64,000 nucleotides of DNA from an uncultured Candidatus Binatia bacterium (GCA_965242525.1 OZ251459.1:1664001-1728000); one strand, 5' to 3'; shown: positions 7,605 to 16,813, counted from the first letter of the stretch. The notes: generated by a model not told the origin, from the sequence alone. Program-made: numbers and translations.

Positions 7605-9706
7605 GAACCGCCCTGTCCCCCGCGGCGGGACTTGTCCATGACCCTCAGGTGTTGCTCCCAATCCGGTTCACGCTCAGGACCTTCCCGAGCGTCGCACTCC
7701 CGAAAGAACTCGTCCAGTTGCGCCGGCGACTCGAAGGCGCCGGGGCGCGGCGCCTCTCCCACGATCTCTTCCAGCAACCCTTCGGTCTCCCGCTCCAACG
7801 CCAGTATGTCGGCCCGTATCTCATCCAGGGAGCGCAGGGGTTCCGGCTTGTAGAAGTAACGGGTGAAGCTGATCTCGTAACCGACCTTGAGGTTGCCGGG
7901 CGTGTACCAGGCATCGGGCGCGTAGGGCAGCACCTCCCGTTTCAGGAAGGCGTCGATGCCGCCCTCTTCCTGGAACGGGACCTGCTCGACGTCGCGCAGG
8001 TCGGTGTCCGGCTCGTACTCCACCACCGCGGGCCTGCCGTCGATGGCGGCTGCGAACTTGCCGCATAGCGGGTCGGGCTCGGCGCCGCTCTCGTGGACTT
8101 TCCTGATGACCGGCGGCGCGGCCTCCGAACGCGGGAGTTCGTCCTTGAGCGCCCGGATTTCCCTGGGGGCGTAGGCCCGCTCGGGGTCGATGCCTTCCAA
8201 CCTCAGGGGCCGCTCCACGACCACCTTCCAGTAGGCGAACGCCTCGTTGGGGAATATCTTCGACTCCTCGGTCTCCTCGAAGGCGAGGAAGACGTCGCAG
8301 ATGCGTTGGATGTGGTCGCCCGAAAGTTCACAGTTCTTGTTGCCCAGGTTCTTGCGCAGGGGCCGGAACCATTGGGTGGCGTCGATGAGCTGCACCTTGC
8401 CCCGCCGCTGTTCGGCCTTGCGGTTGCTGAGCACCCAGATATAGGTGGCGATGCCGGTGTTGTAGAAAATGTTGAGAGGCAGCGCGACGACCGCTTCCAG
8501 CCAGTCGTTCTCGATGATCCAGCGGCGGATGTTGCTCTCGCCCTGACCGGCGTCGCCGGTGAAGAGGGAGCTTCCGTTGTGGACCTCGGCGATGCGGCTG
8601 CCCAGGGGGGTGTCCTGCTTCCTCTTGCTCAGCATGTTGGCCAGGAACATCATCTGGCCGTCGCTGGACCGCGTGATCAGCGAGTACTCGCTGTCGCCGC
8701 TATGCTCCACCACGAAGCGCGGGTCCTTGACGCCGGACTTGCCGCCCATGCGCTCCAGGTCGCTCTTCCAGCTCTTGCCGTAAGGCGGGTTGGAGAGCAT
8801 GAAGTCGAACTCCCGGGTCGGGAATCCGTCCCCGGAGAGCGTGGAGCCGTACTGCATGTTGTCCGCCCCGACGCCCTCTCCCTTGAGGATGAGGTCGGCC
8901 TTGCTGATGGCGTAGGTCTCCGGGTTCACCTCCTGGCCGTACAGGTGCACCGACACTTCCTTGCCCTGTTTCCTCGCCAACTCCGTCAGCGTCTCCTCCG
9001 CGACGGTCAGCATCCCGCCGGTGCCGCAAGCGCCGTCGTACACGAGGTAGGTGCCGGACTTGACCTGATCGGCCACGGGCCGGAAGACCAGGTGGGCCAT
9101 GAGCTGCACCACGTCCCTGGGGGTGAAGTGCTCCCCGGCCTCTTCGTTGTTCTCCTCGCTGAAGCGGCGGATGAGCTCTTCGAACACCGTGCCCATGCCG
9201 TGGTTGTCCAGACCCTCCAGCCGTATGGAGCCGTCCTCGTTCCGCACGGGTTCGGGACCGAGGTTGACCGACCTGTCCAGGAACTTCTCCAGCAGGAAAC
9301 CCAGCGCGTCCGCTTCCACCAGCGTGGGGATCTGGTTGCGGAACCGGAATTTCTCCAGGACTTCCTGGACGTTGGGCGAGAAGCCGTCGAGGTACGCCTC
9401 GAAGTCGGCCCGCAACCGCTGCTGCCGTCCGCGGGAGGCAAGGTCGCGGAGCCGGAAGGGGGACGTGTTGTAGAACGCCTGGCCGGACTCCTGGCACAAC
9501 GCGCTGTCCTGATTCGCGACCCCCGCGGCGTCCAACCGCTCCTTCATGCGGAGCACCGCTTCCTTGGTGGGCTCCAGCACTGCGTCCAGGCGGCGGATGA
9601 CCGTCATGGGCAGGATGACGTCCCGGTACTTGCCCCGCACGTACACGTCGCGCAGCACGTCGTCCGCGATGCCCCAGATGAAGTTGCCGATGTTGAGGGC
9701 GCTCAT
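7601..9706 (-). CDS. hsdM: Type I R-M N6-adenine methyltransferase subunit M with a ~45-aa C-terminal extension
   Basis: GEHFTPRDV, VYDGACGTGGML, NPPY, FYNTGIATY, GYEISFTRYFY. Confidence 0.95.
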   Translation of the reverse strand: MSALNIGNFIWGIADDVLRDVYVRGKYRDVILPMTVIRRLDAVLEPTKEAVLRMKERLDAAGVANQDSALCQESGQAFYNTSPFRLRDLASRGRQQRLRADFEAYLDGFSPNVQEVLEKFRFRNQIPTLVEADALGFLLEKFLDRSVNLGPEPVRNEDGSIRLEGLDNHGMGTVFEELIRRFSEENNEEAGEHFTPRDVVQLMAHLVFRPVADQVKSGTYLVYDGACGTGGMLTVAEETLTELARKQGKEVSVHLYGQEVNPETYAISKADLILKGEGVGADNMQYGSTLSGDGFPTREFDFMLSNPPYGKSWKSDLERMGGKSGVKDPRFVVEHSGDSEYSLITRSSDGQMMFLANMLSKRKQDTPLGSRIAEVHNGSSLFTGDAGQGESNIRRWIIENDWLEAVVALPLNIFYNTGIATYIWVLSNRKAEQRRGKVQLIDATQWFRPLRKNLGNKNCELSGDHIQRICDVFLAFEETEESKIFPNEAFAYWKVVVERPLRLEGIDPERAYAPREIRALKDELPRSEAAPPVIRKVHESGAEPDPLCGKFAAAIDGRPAVVEYEPDTDLRDVEQVPFQEEGGIDAFLKREVLPYAPDAWYTPGNLKVGYEISFTRYFYKPEPLRSLDEIRADILALERETEGLLEEIVGEAPRPGAFESPAQLDEFFRECDAREGPEREPDWEQHLRVMDKSRRGGQGGS

Positions 9707-9756
9707 GACTTGCCTCCCGCGGCCGTCTTCCGCACGTCGATGGCGGTCAACGGCAA

Positions 9757-9899
9757 GGAAACCCTGGACGATTCCGGCTCGAACTCCGTCTCCCTGCGGG
9801 AAAGCGCGTCCTTCGACTTCGCTACGCTACGCTCAGGATGAACGGAGGCCTTCGCTTCGCTACGCTCAGGATGAACGGGGGTAATCGTTCAGGGTTTCT
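9757..9899. mobile_element. Complete MITE/REP element (partly duplicated core) with GCAA target duplication
   Basis: GGAAACCCTGGACGATT...AATCGTTCAGGGTTTCT; GCAA at 9753-9756 and 9900-9903. Confidence 0.88.
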
Positions 9900-9972
9900 G
9901 CAAGTATGCAACGTCTCCCCAAACGGCGCAATCGCTTGACAGCGGCCGGAAGTACATCGAAGATGCTCGCCC

Positions 9973-11427
9973 ATGACCGAACGTGACCTGACCGAGACGA
10001 CGTTGCAGGAGGCGGCGGCGCAGATCGAGAGCGGGGAGATGTCCCCGGTGGAACTCACCGAGAGGATGCTGGAGCGGGTCGAGAAGCTGGACCCCGAGAT
10101 CAACGCTTACGTCACGGTGGCTCGGGAGCAAGCGCTGTCACAGGCCCGCACCGCGGAGGCCGAGATACGCGAAGGAAAGTACCGGGGTCCGCTCCACGGC
10201 ATCCCACTGTCCGTCAAGGACAACCTCGCCACGCGGGGGATCCGCACCACCGCGGGATCCAAGGTGCTGGCCGACTGCGTTCCCGACTTCGACGCCACCG
10301 CGGTGGCGCGGCTCAAGCAGGCGGGCGCGGTCATCCTGGGCAAGACCAACATGCACGAATGGGCCAACGGCGGCACCACCATCAACCCCTACTACGGCAC
10401 GACTCACAACCCCTGGGACACCGCCCGGATCGCGGGAGGGTCGAGCGGCGGCTCGGCCGCGGCGGTGGCCGCGAGCCTGTGCCTGGGCTCCATCGGCACC
10501 GACAACGGCGGCTCGGTCAGGAACCCGGCATCCCTGTGCGGCACTGTGGGGTTCAAGCCCACCTACGGCCGGATCAGCCGGTTCGGGCACGTGCCCGCCA
10601 ACGGCGGCTACTCCACCAACCACCTGGGCGTGTTCGGCAAGACCGTGCGGGACTGCGCGCTGATCCTGCGCGCCATCGCGGGCAGGGACCCCGAGGACCC
10701 CGACAGCGCCCGGGAGCCCGTGCCGGATTACGAGGCCGACCTCGACGCGGGCATCGAGGGACTCCGGGTGGGGATCGTCAAGGACTACTTCGACCGCCAC
10801 ATGGCCGGGGAGGTCAGGTCGGCATTCCTCGAAGCGCAGCGCCGGCTCGAATCCCTCGGAGCGAGTCTGCGGGAGGTGGAGGCGCCCCCTCACCTGGACG
10901 CCGCGCGGGTGGTCTGGACCTGCATCACGCGCCCGGAGAACGTGGCCGAGCACCTACCCTACCTGAAAGCCCGGCCTCGTGACTACAGCACCCGGCTGCT
11001 GCACCAGAACATCGGCGCCCTGCTGATCCCCGCCGAAGCCTACGTGGCCGCGCAGCGCATCCGGCGCGCCCTGTGCCGCGAGTTCGACCAGGTCTTCGAG
11101 GCGGTGGACGTGATCGCCGCGCCCACGGCCCCGGTGCCCGCACCCACCATCGAGGAATGCAAGCGAGGCGCCATGGAAGTGGACGGAAGGGAGATCCGGC
11201 TGGAAGGACCCGGAGTGAACTTCCGTTCCCTGTTCACCACGCCCTTCAACCTGACCGGCCTGCCGGCCCTGAGCGCGTGCTGCGGTTTCTCGTCGGGCGG
11301 CCTCCCCATCGGTCTCCAGTTCGTGGGGCCGCGCTTCGGCGAGGCCCGAGTGCTCCGCGCCGCGCACGCCTACGAACGGGCCGCGGAGTGGTATCGGCGC
11401 AGGCCGCGGCTGGACCATCGGCCGTGA
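9973..11427 (+). CDS. Amidase signature family protein (GatA-like)
   Basis: GPLHGIPLSVKD, GKTNMHE, GGSSGGS, GTDNGGSVRNPA. Confidence 0.93.
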   Translation: MTERDLTETTLQEAAAQIESGEMSPVELTERMLERVEKLDPEINAYVTVAREQALSQARTAEAEIREGKYRGPLHGIPLSVKDNLATRGIRTTAGSKVLADCVPDFDATAVARLKQAGAVILGKTNMHEWANGGTTINPYYGTTHNPWDTARIAGGSSGGSAAAVAASLCLGSIGTDNGGSVRNPASLCGTVGFKPTYGRISRFGHVPANGGYSTNHLGVFGKTVRDCALILRAIAGRDPEDPDSAREPVPDYEADLDAGIEGLRVGIVKDYFDRHMAGEVRSAFLEAQRRLESLGASLREVEAPPHLDAARVVWTCITRPENVAEHLPYLKARPRDYSTRLLHQNIGALLIPAEAYVAAQRIRRALCREFDQVFEAVDVIAAPTAPVPAPTIEECKRGAMEVDGREIRLEGPGVNFRSLFTTPFNLTGLPALSACCGFSSGGLPIGLQFVGPRFGEARVLRAAHAYERAAEWYRRRPRLDHRP

Positions 11428-11436
11428 CGCGCCCGT

Positions 11437-11801
11437 GAGCGCGTCCTTCGACTTCGCTTCGCTACGCTCAGGACGAACGGGAATCAGAGAGTCCGGGTGA
11501 AGACATCTGGAACGTATCCCGGACACGTTTCATTCCAAACGCTCGGGACGAACGGGGATGGGACGGGTCGGGGTGAGGACGTCCGTCCTCCTGTCAGAGG
11601 TTCCGGAACGGGACTCCCTCCACCCGGAGCATGACTTCGGCGAGGGCTCACGCCCCGCAACTTCGCTTCGCTACGCTCGGGACGAACTCGGGACGAACGG
11701 GAATGGGGGGATCGGGGTGAGGGTATCCGTCCTCCTGTCAGACGTTCCGGGAACGGGATTCCCTCCACCCGGGGCATGACTCCGGCGAGGGGTCACGCCC
11801 C
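11437..11801. repeat. REP/MITE-derived cluster including a ~115-bp direct repeat (11542-11656 and 11687-11801)
   Basis: Hairpin core at 11437-11481; two near-identical blocks offset by 145 nt. Confidence 0.85.
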
Positions 11802-12505
11802 AGGCCGAGCACGCGGTCGAGGAAGTTCGTGGCCAGCGGCCACGTGAGCTTGGCCAGGGCCGGGTCGTAGGCGTCGCCGTCGGCCAGAGCGAACCCGTGG
11901 CCCGCCTGGGGGAAGAAATGCCACTCGACGTCGAGGGAGCCTTCCAGGAAACTCGCCCGCAGCTTCTCCTGCACCGGCACCGGCGCGACCCGGTCCCTGC
12001 CTCCGAAGAAGGTCATGGAAGGACAACGGATATCCCGGGCGGACTCGTTGGGATGGCGCGGCCGCAGGTCGCTGGGGCCTTCGTCCCGCACCGAGGGGTA
12101 ATAGCCCAGGAACGCCGCGACCTCGGGGGTCGCCGCCACGAAGTGGATGCCGATGCGCCCGCCCATGCACAGCCCCATGACCGCCGCCCGCTTCTCGTCC
12201 ACGTCGTCCCGTCCGAGCAGGTATCGCCAACCCTGGCCGATGACCTCCACGAACCGTCCGTCCGTGGTCTCCTTCTGGACGCCGTGGTAGTCGGCGAAGC
12301 CCAGGAGCCCGTACAGGTCGGGAACCAGCGCGGTGTAGCCCTGCTCGGCGAACTCGCAGGCCATGTGTTTGATGTGCCCCGTGACCCCGTAGTGGTGGTG
12401 GACCATCAGCAACGCCGGTCCGGGCGTGCCCCGGTCCGGCGCCGCCACGAACCCCGGTATCCCGTCCCGCTCCTGTGAAAGCCCTCGTGCGAGGATCCTC
12501 GGCAT
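11738..12505 (-). CDS. Dienelactone hydrolase family protein
   Basis: GLCMGG nucleophile elbow, GGRD, AGHGF. Confidence 0.9.
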   Translation of the reverse strand: MPRILARGLSQERDGIPGFVAAPDRGTPGPALLMVHHHYGVTGHIKHMACEFAEQGYTALVPDLYGLLGFADYHGVQKETTDGRFVEVIGQGWRYLLGRDDVDEKRAAVMGLCMGGRIGIHFVAATPEVAAFLGYYPSVRDEGPSDLRPRHPNESARDIRCPSMTFFGGRDRVAPVPVQEKLRASFLEGSLDVEWHFFPQAGHGFALADGDAYDPALAKLTWPLATNFLDRVLGLGRDPSPESCPGWRESRSRNV

Positions 12506-12521
12506 CCTGACCTCCTTTCAA

Positions 12522-12704
12522 CAAACCCCTGAACAATCGGGACATTCAGGATGGATTCCCTTGCCCTGACACTCCTATCCCCTTTCGTCCTGACCCTCCC
12601 ATTCCCGTTCGTCCTGAGCGTAGCGAAGCGAAGTCGAAGGACGCGCTCTTCTCGAAGGACCGCCTGCCTGCCGCAGGTGCTCCGGGAAATCGGACCGGCT
12701 TTCC
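12522..12704. mobile_element. MITE/REP element, degenerate ends
   Basis: AAACCCCTGAACAATCGGGACA..., core at ~12605-12648, possible decayed right TIR AATCGGACCGGCTTTCC. Confidence 0.75.
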
Positions 12705-12718
12705 GACCCTCCGCGGCG

Positions 12719-13789
12719 CTACAGTCCGTAGAGCCGCCTGGGGTTGTCGCTCAGGATCTTGTCGGCCGCGCCCGCGGCGAGCACGCCGTCCTGGGACAGC
12801 TTGGCGATGGCTTCCATGTCGTTGGAGTAGTCGGCGTGCCCGTAGTCGGTGCCGACGATGATGTTGTCCTCCCCGGCGTGCTCCAGGACGTAGGGCAGGT
12901 CGTCGGTGGTCTGGCAGGCCACGTAGATGCGGTTGTCCCGGAGCAGGTTCCGCTCCGCCAACTCCCGGGGCGCGCCGCGCACTCCCGCGAGGGCGCTCGC
13001 CGAGTGGGCGCGGCGAAAGGCCAACTCGGCCCGGGTGCGGATGAGCAGGTCGTTGAGCGCATAGGGGACCCACTGGGAGGTGGTCTCCACGAAGCACCAG
13101 CGCAACTCCGGGAACCGGTCCGGCACGCCCCGGTAGATGAGGTTGTTGAAGGCGCCCACGGCAGGCAGCTTGAAGCGCGAGAACACGTCCTGGGCGAACA
13201 GGTCGTAATGGCCCAGGCTCCCTCCGCCGGCGTGGATGCAGATGGGCATGTCGAGGTCGCTCGCCTCCCGGTAGATGGGGAAGAAGGTGTCGTCCGAGAG
13301 CAGCCGCTCCCCCTCGATGCCGTGGATGAACACCCCGCACGCGCCGTTGTCCTTGCCGAAGCGGATCTCCTCGAGGGCCCGGTCCATGGACATCACCGGC
13401 GCCAGCACCACCCACCGCAGGCGGCCGCGCCCCTGCCGCCATATTTCCGCAAGCCAGCGGTTGTAGCCTCGGCAGAGGGCGCGCTCCACGTCCGCCCGCG
13501 CGGTCAGCGGGCGCAGGAACAGCGTCGGGTAGATGACCTGCACGTCCACGGACAACTGGTCCATGTGCGCGATCCGCGCCTCCACGTTGGCCAACTCCCG
13601 GGACTCCGCGGTGGTGTTGAGGCCGATGTTGGTGTTGGGCACTACCCGTTCGTCGATGCGCCAGTAGCGCAAGCCGCTGCGCTCCGACACCAGGAGGTCC
13701 GGGGCCAGGGCCCGGTCCCCTTCCTCCATGAACTCCCAGGTCTGCTCCGTCTCGATCACGTGGGCGTCTGCGTCGATGACTGGTGACAT
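12719..13789 (-). CDS. Amidohydrolase_2 family protein
   Basis: IDADAH, ICIH, GTDYGH, NPRRLYGL. Confidence 0.9.
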   Translation of the reverse strand: MSPVIDADAHVIETEQTWEFMEEGDRALAPDLLVSERSGLRYWRIDERVVPNTNIGLNTTAESRELANVEARIAHMDQLSVDVQVIYPTLFLRPLTARADVERALCRGYNRWLAEIWRQGRGRLRWVVLAPVMSMDRALEEIRFGKDNGACGVFIHGIEGERLLSDDTFFPIYREASDLDMPICIHAGGGSLGHYDLFAQDVFSRFKLPAVGAFNNLIYRGVPDRFPELRWCFVETTSQWVPYALNDLLIRTRAELAFRRAHSASALAGVRGAPRELAERNLLRDNRIYVACQTTDDLPYVLEHAGEDNIIVGTDYGHADYSNDMEAIAKLSQDGVLAAGAADKILSDNPRRLYGL

Positions 13790-13863
13790 ATGGTTTCCCC
13801 CCGGGCGAACCTGCCGGACCATCCGGCGCCTGCGGACACGCGCGAACGCGCGTCCTTCCTATG

Positions 13864-14091
13864 GGAACCCCTGAACGATCGAGACGTCCGAGATAGACTC
13901 CCTCGCTCTGGCACTCCTGTCCTCGCTCGCCTGAGCTATCCCGGGTCGGACGAGCCGTTGGCCAAGGCGGCAGCTCCTGTCCCCGCTCGTTGAGCTATCC
14001 CCGTTCGTCCTGAGCGTAGCGAAGCGAAGTCGAAGGACGCGCTCATTCCCTCGTCCCCGCTCATGCCCCTGTCCCGTTGTTCAGAGTTTCC
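13864..14091. mobile_element. MITE/REP element, internally expanded copy
   Basis: GGAACCCCTGAACGAT...TTGTTCAGAGTTTCC around the hairpin core; no clear target duplication. Confidence 0.8.
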
Positions 14092-14096
14092 TGTAG

Positions 14097-14230
14097 GGAA
14101 CCCCTGAACGATCGAGCCGTCCGGGATGGACTCCCTCACCCTGATACTCCTGTCTCCGTTCGTCCTGAGCGTAGCAGAGCGAAGTCGAAAGACGCGCTCA
14201 TGCTCCCTGTCCCGCTCGTCCAGAGGTTCC
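14097..14230. mobile_element. Complete 134-bp MITE/REP element with GTAG target duplication
   Basis: GGAACCCCTGAACGAT...CTCGTCCAGAGGTTCC; GTAG at 14093-14096 and 14231-14234; same length as and colinear (inverted) with 7318-7451. Confidence 0.9.
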
Positions 14231-14427
14231 GTAGTCCATTGTCACCCAGGAAGCCCCGGCGTTGCAACCCGAAGAGACCCACGGGACCGCTCTTCTCGCG
14301 CCTCCCCGTCCGATCTGCTACAGATGGGACAAGCCGGCCCTGACGGTTTCCTCGACGGTTTGCTTCACGCGGCTCTCGCAACGAGGACCCCGGCCGCGAG
14401 GAACCGGGCCCGCACGGAGGTGGCCAC

Positions 14428-15267
14428 ATGACGTACGCTCGCCCGGAACTCCTGACCGAGACCGATTGGCTGGAGCAGCATCTCCACGACCCGGACGTCC
14501 GCATCGTGGACTGCGACCCCTTCGACGTCTATCGCCGGGCCCACATCGAGGGGGCGGTGGGCATCCGCGTGCACCACTACATCAAGCAGCCCGAGTATCC
14601 CGCGGACCCCAGGAAATACCCCCTGGTGGCGCCGCCGGACACGGTGAAGGAAGTGATGGAAGGCCTGGGCATCGGCCGCGGCGTGCGGGTGGTGGCCTAC
14701 GACAGCAACGGCTCCCTCTGGGCCAGCCGCTTGTGGTGGGTGCTGAACTACTACGGCCATACCGACGTGACCGTGCTCAACGGCGGATGGACCAAGTGGT
14801 TCGACGAGGGGCGTCCGGTGGCCCTCCACGCGCCGAAGCCCCCGGCCGCGGTCTTCGACCCCAAGGCCAACCCCGACCTGGTGTGCACACTGGAATACGG
14901 CAAGGCCAACGTGGGCAACCCGGAGGTGGTCTATCTCGACGTGCGCTCGGACGGGGAATGGACGGGCGCCAACGACCGCGGCAACCGGCGGGTAGGCCAC
15001 GTGCCCGGGGCGGTGCACCTGGAGTGGCTCGACTTCCTCGAAGACCAGGGGCACAAGACCTTCAGGCAGGCCGGAGAGCTGCGAGCGCTGCTGGAGCGGG
15101 CCGGGGTCCCGCCGGACCGGGAGGTGGTCACCTATTGACAGGGCGGCATCCGTGCGGCGCACGGAGTCTTCGTCCTGACCTTGCTGGGCTACGAGCGGGC
15201 GCGCAACTACGACGGGTCCATGGCCGAGTGGGCCAACCGGGACGACACGCCCCTCGTGCTGGAGTGA
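14428..15267 (+). CDS. Two-domain rhodanese/thiosulfate sulfurtransferase, probable selenoprotein (UGA at 15136-15138)
   Basis: HIEGAV, LNGGWTKW, LDVRS, GHVPGAV; VVTY-TGA-QGGIRAAH continues in frame to NYDGSMAEW and a stop at 15265-15267. Confidence 0.88.
15139..15177 (+). promoter_or_regulatory. Candidate bacterial SECIS hairpin
   Basis: CAGGGCGG/TCGTCCTG lower stem, TCCGTGC/GCACGGA upper stem, GGC apical loop 17 nt after the UGA. Confidence 0.7.
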
Positions 15268-15277
15268 CGCCGCCGAA

Positions 15278-15477
15278 GCGCGTCCTTCGACTTCGCTACG
15301 CTACGCTCAGGACGAACGGAGACAGGAGGCTTCGCTTCGCTCAGGATGAACGGGGGACTTTGCTTCGTACCATCAGGATGAACGGGGGACTTTGCTTCGT
15401 ACCATCAGGATGAACGGGGGACTTCACTTCGTACCCTCAGGATGAACGGGGATATCAAGGGTCTTGGAGCAGGTTCC
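15278..15477. repeat. REP core followed by a 32-bp tandem repeat (starts 15341, 15373, 15405, 15437)
   Basis: Unit TCAGGATGAACGGGGGACTTTGCTTCGTACCA, derived from half of the hairpin core. Confidence 0.9.
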
Positions 15478-15641
15478 ATTCGAGACAGGAAGGGGACCGG
15501 GGGAAGGGCCGTGAACCCGGGGCAAGGGTAGGGGCAGGTGCCAGGGCAGGCCGGCGAGACAGGAAGGGAACCGGGGGAAGGGGCTGTAAACAGGGGCGGC
15601 TACCGCGCTATCATACGTCCTTGTAGCGGCGGCTACTCCAA

Positions 15642-15802
15642 GGCAACTCTGGACAATCGGGGCATGGATGGGGTTATTCCCTCACGTGACCCTCCTGTCT
15701 CCGTTCGTCCTGAGCGTAGCGTAGCGAAGTCGAAGGACGCCCTCTCCCTCTGGGATTGTTCAGAGTTTCCCTGAGATCCGCAATCAATCGTTCAGGGTTT
15801 CC
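15642..15802. mobile_element. MITE/REP element with two successive right-hand TIRs (ending 15770 and 15802)
   Basis: GGCAACTCTGGACAAT...core...ATTGTTCAGAGTTTCC, then AATCGTTCAGGGTTTCC. Confidence 0.8.
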
Positions 15803-15838
15803 ATTGGGGGAAACGCACGGGCGCGTCGAACCGCCGTC

Positions 15839-16720
15839 ATGGTCCGGACCGGAAGGGAAAGCATCGTAAGGAGGACGCCGGAGCTCGCCAGGGCCGAGGA
15901 ATGGGCGCTGGTGCTGGAAGCGGAAGGCCTGGGTCCCCGCCTGCTGCGCAGCGCCTCCGGGGGATGGGCGGTGTCGGTGCCGTCCCGCCACCTGGAGCAG
16001 GCGGTGACCGAGCTCTGGGCCTACGAGAGCGAGAACCGCGCCCCCGAGCCGGAAGAACGCCCGTGGCCCGGCCGGAGTCCGTTCTACACGGGGCTGGGAG
16101 CCTCGGCAGGGCTGCTGGCCTTCTACTTCGCCCACGCATGGACGCAGGAGTCGGTGCGCTGGGTCGAGCACGGCGGCGCTTCCGCGGAGTGGATCCTGCG
16201 CGGGGAGCTCTGGCGCACGGTGACCGCGCTGACCCTGCACGCGGACCCGGCCCACGCCGGGGCCAACGCCGCGGCCCTGGCGTTCCTCCTGACCGGGGTG
16301 TGCCGGTGGCTGGGGCCGGGCCTCGGGGCCGCGCTGGCGCTGGGCGTCGGGGCCCTGGGGAACCTGGGCAACGCCTGGTTCCACGCCTACGACCACGTCT
16401 CCATCGGCGCCTCCACCGCGGTCTTCGGCGCCCTGGGTCTGCTCGGGGGCGCCGGAGTGGTGCGGCGCCGGCGGCTCGGGCTGCGGGGGCGGCAGGCCTG
16501 GATACCGCTGGCCGCGGGGCTCGCGGTGCTGGCCATGGTCGGCACCGGAGGCCCGCGGGTGGACATATGGGCCCATCTCTGGGGGTTCGGGGCCGGCGGC
16601 GCCGCAGGCGTCCTGCTGGAGCGGTCCCCGGACCGCCCCGGGACGCCCCGCGCCCAACTCAGGCTCGGCGCCGCGGCGGCCGCGGCGGTGGCCCTGTGCT
16701 GGGCGCTGGCTCTCCGCTGA
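15839..16720 (+). CDS. Rhomboid family intramembrane serine protease
   Basis: GELWRTVTALTLH, HAGAN, GASTAVFG, AHLWG; multiple hydrophobic helices. Confidence 0.88.
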   Translation: MVRTGRESIVRRTPELARAEEWALVLEAEGLGPRLLRSASGGWAVSVPSRHLEQAVTELWAYESENRAPEPEERPWPGRSPFYTGLGASAGLLAFYFAHAWTQESVRWVEHGGASAEWILRGELWRTVTALTLHADPAHAGANAAALAFLLTGVCRWLGPGLGAALALGVGALGNLGNAWFHAYDHVSIGASTAVFGALGLLGGAGVVRRRRLGLRGRQAWIPLAAGLAVLAMVGTGGPRVDIWAHLWGFGAGGAAGVLLERSPDRPGTPRAQLRLGAAAAAAVALCWALALR

Positions 16721-16813
16721 CGCGGGGCGATCATGCGCTCCACCGCGGCGCGCACCGCGCAGCCTCCCCGTGCCGGGCGCCGGCGCTCCGCTGACACGGG
16801 AAAGGAAGGGGTC

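Noticed and set aside
9936-9964. Promoters at TTGACA 9936, 17607 and 34567
   Set aside because: No convincing -10 hexamer at 16-18 nt spacing
9973-11427. gatA
   Set aside because: No gatB/gatC adjacent; only the generic amidase signature is supported
13790-14431. Short ORFs containing PFVLSVAKRSRR / VRPERSEAKSKD / STSLRYAQDER peptides
   Set aside because: Translations of the repeat in various frames, not independent genes
14428-15138. Truncated rhodanese pseudogene
   Set aside because: The stop is TGA exactly at the catalytic Cys with intact downstream coding and a SECIS-like hairpin; Sec readthrough is more likely
15341-15451. CRISPR array
   Set aside because: Contiguous 32-bp tandem units without unique spacers
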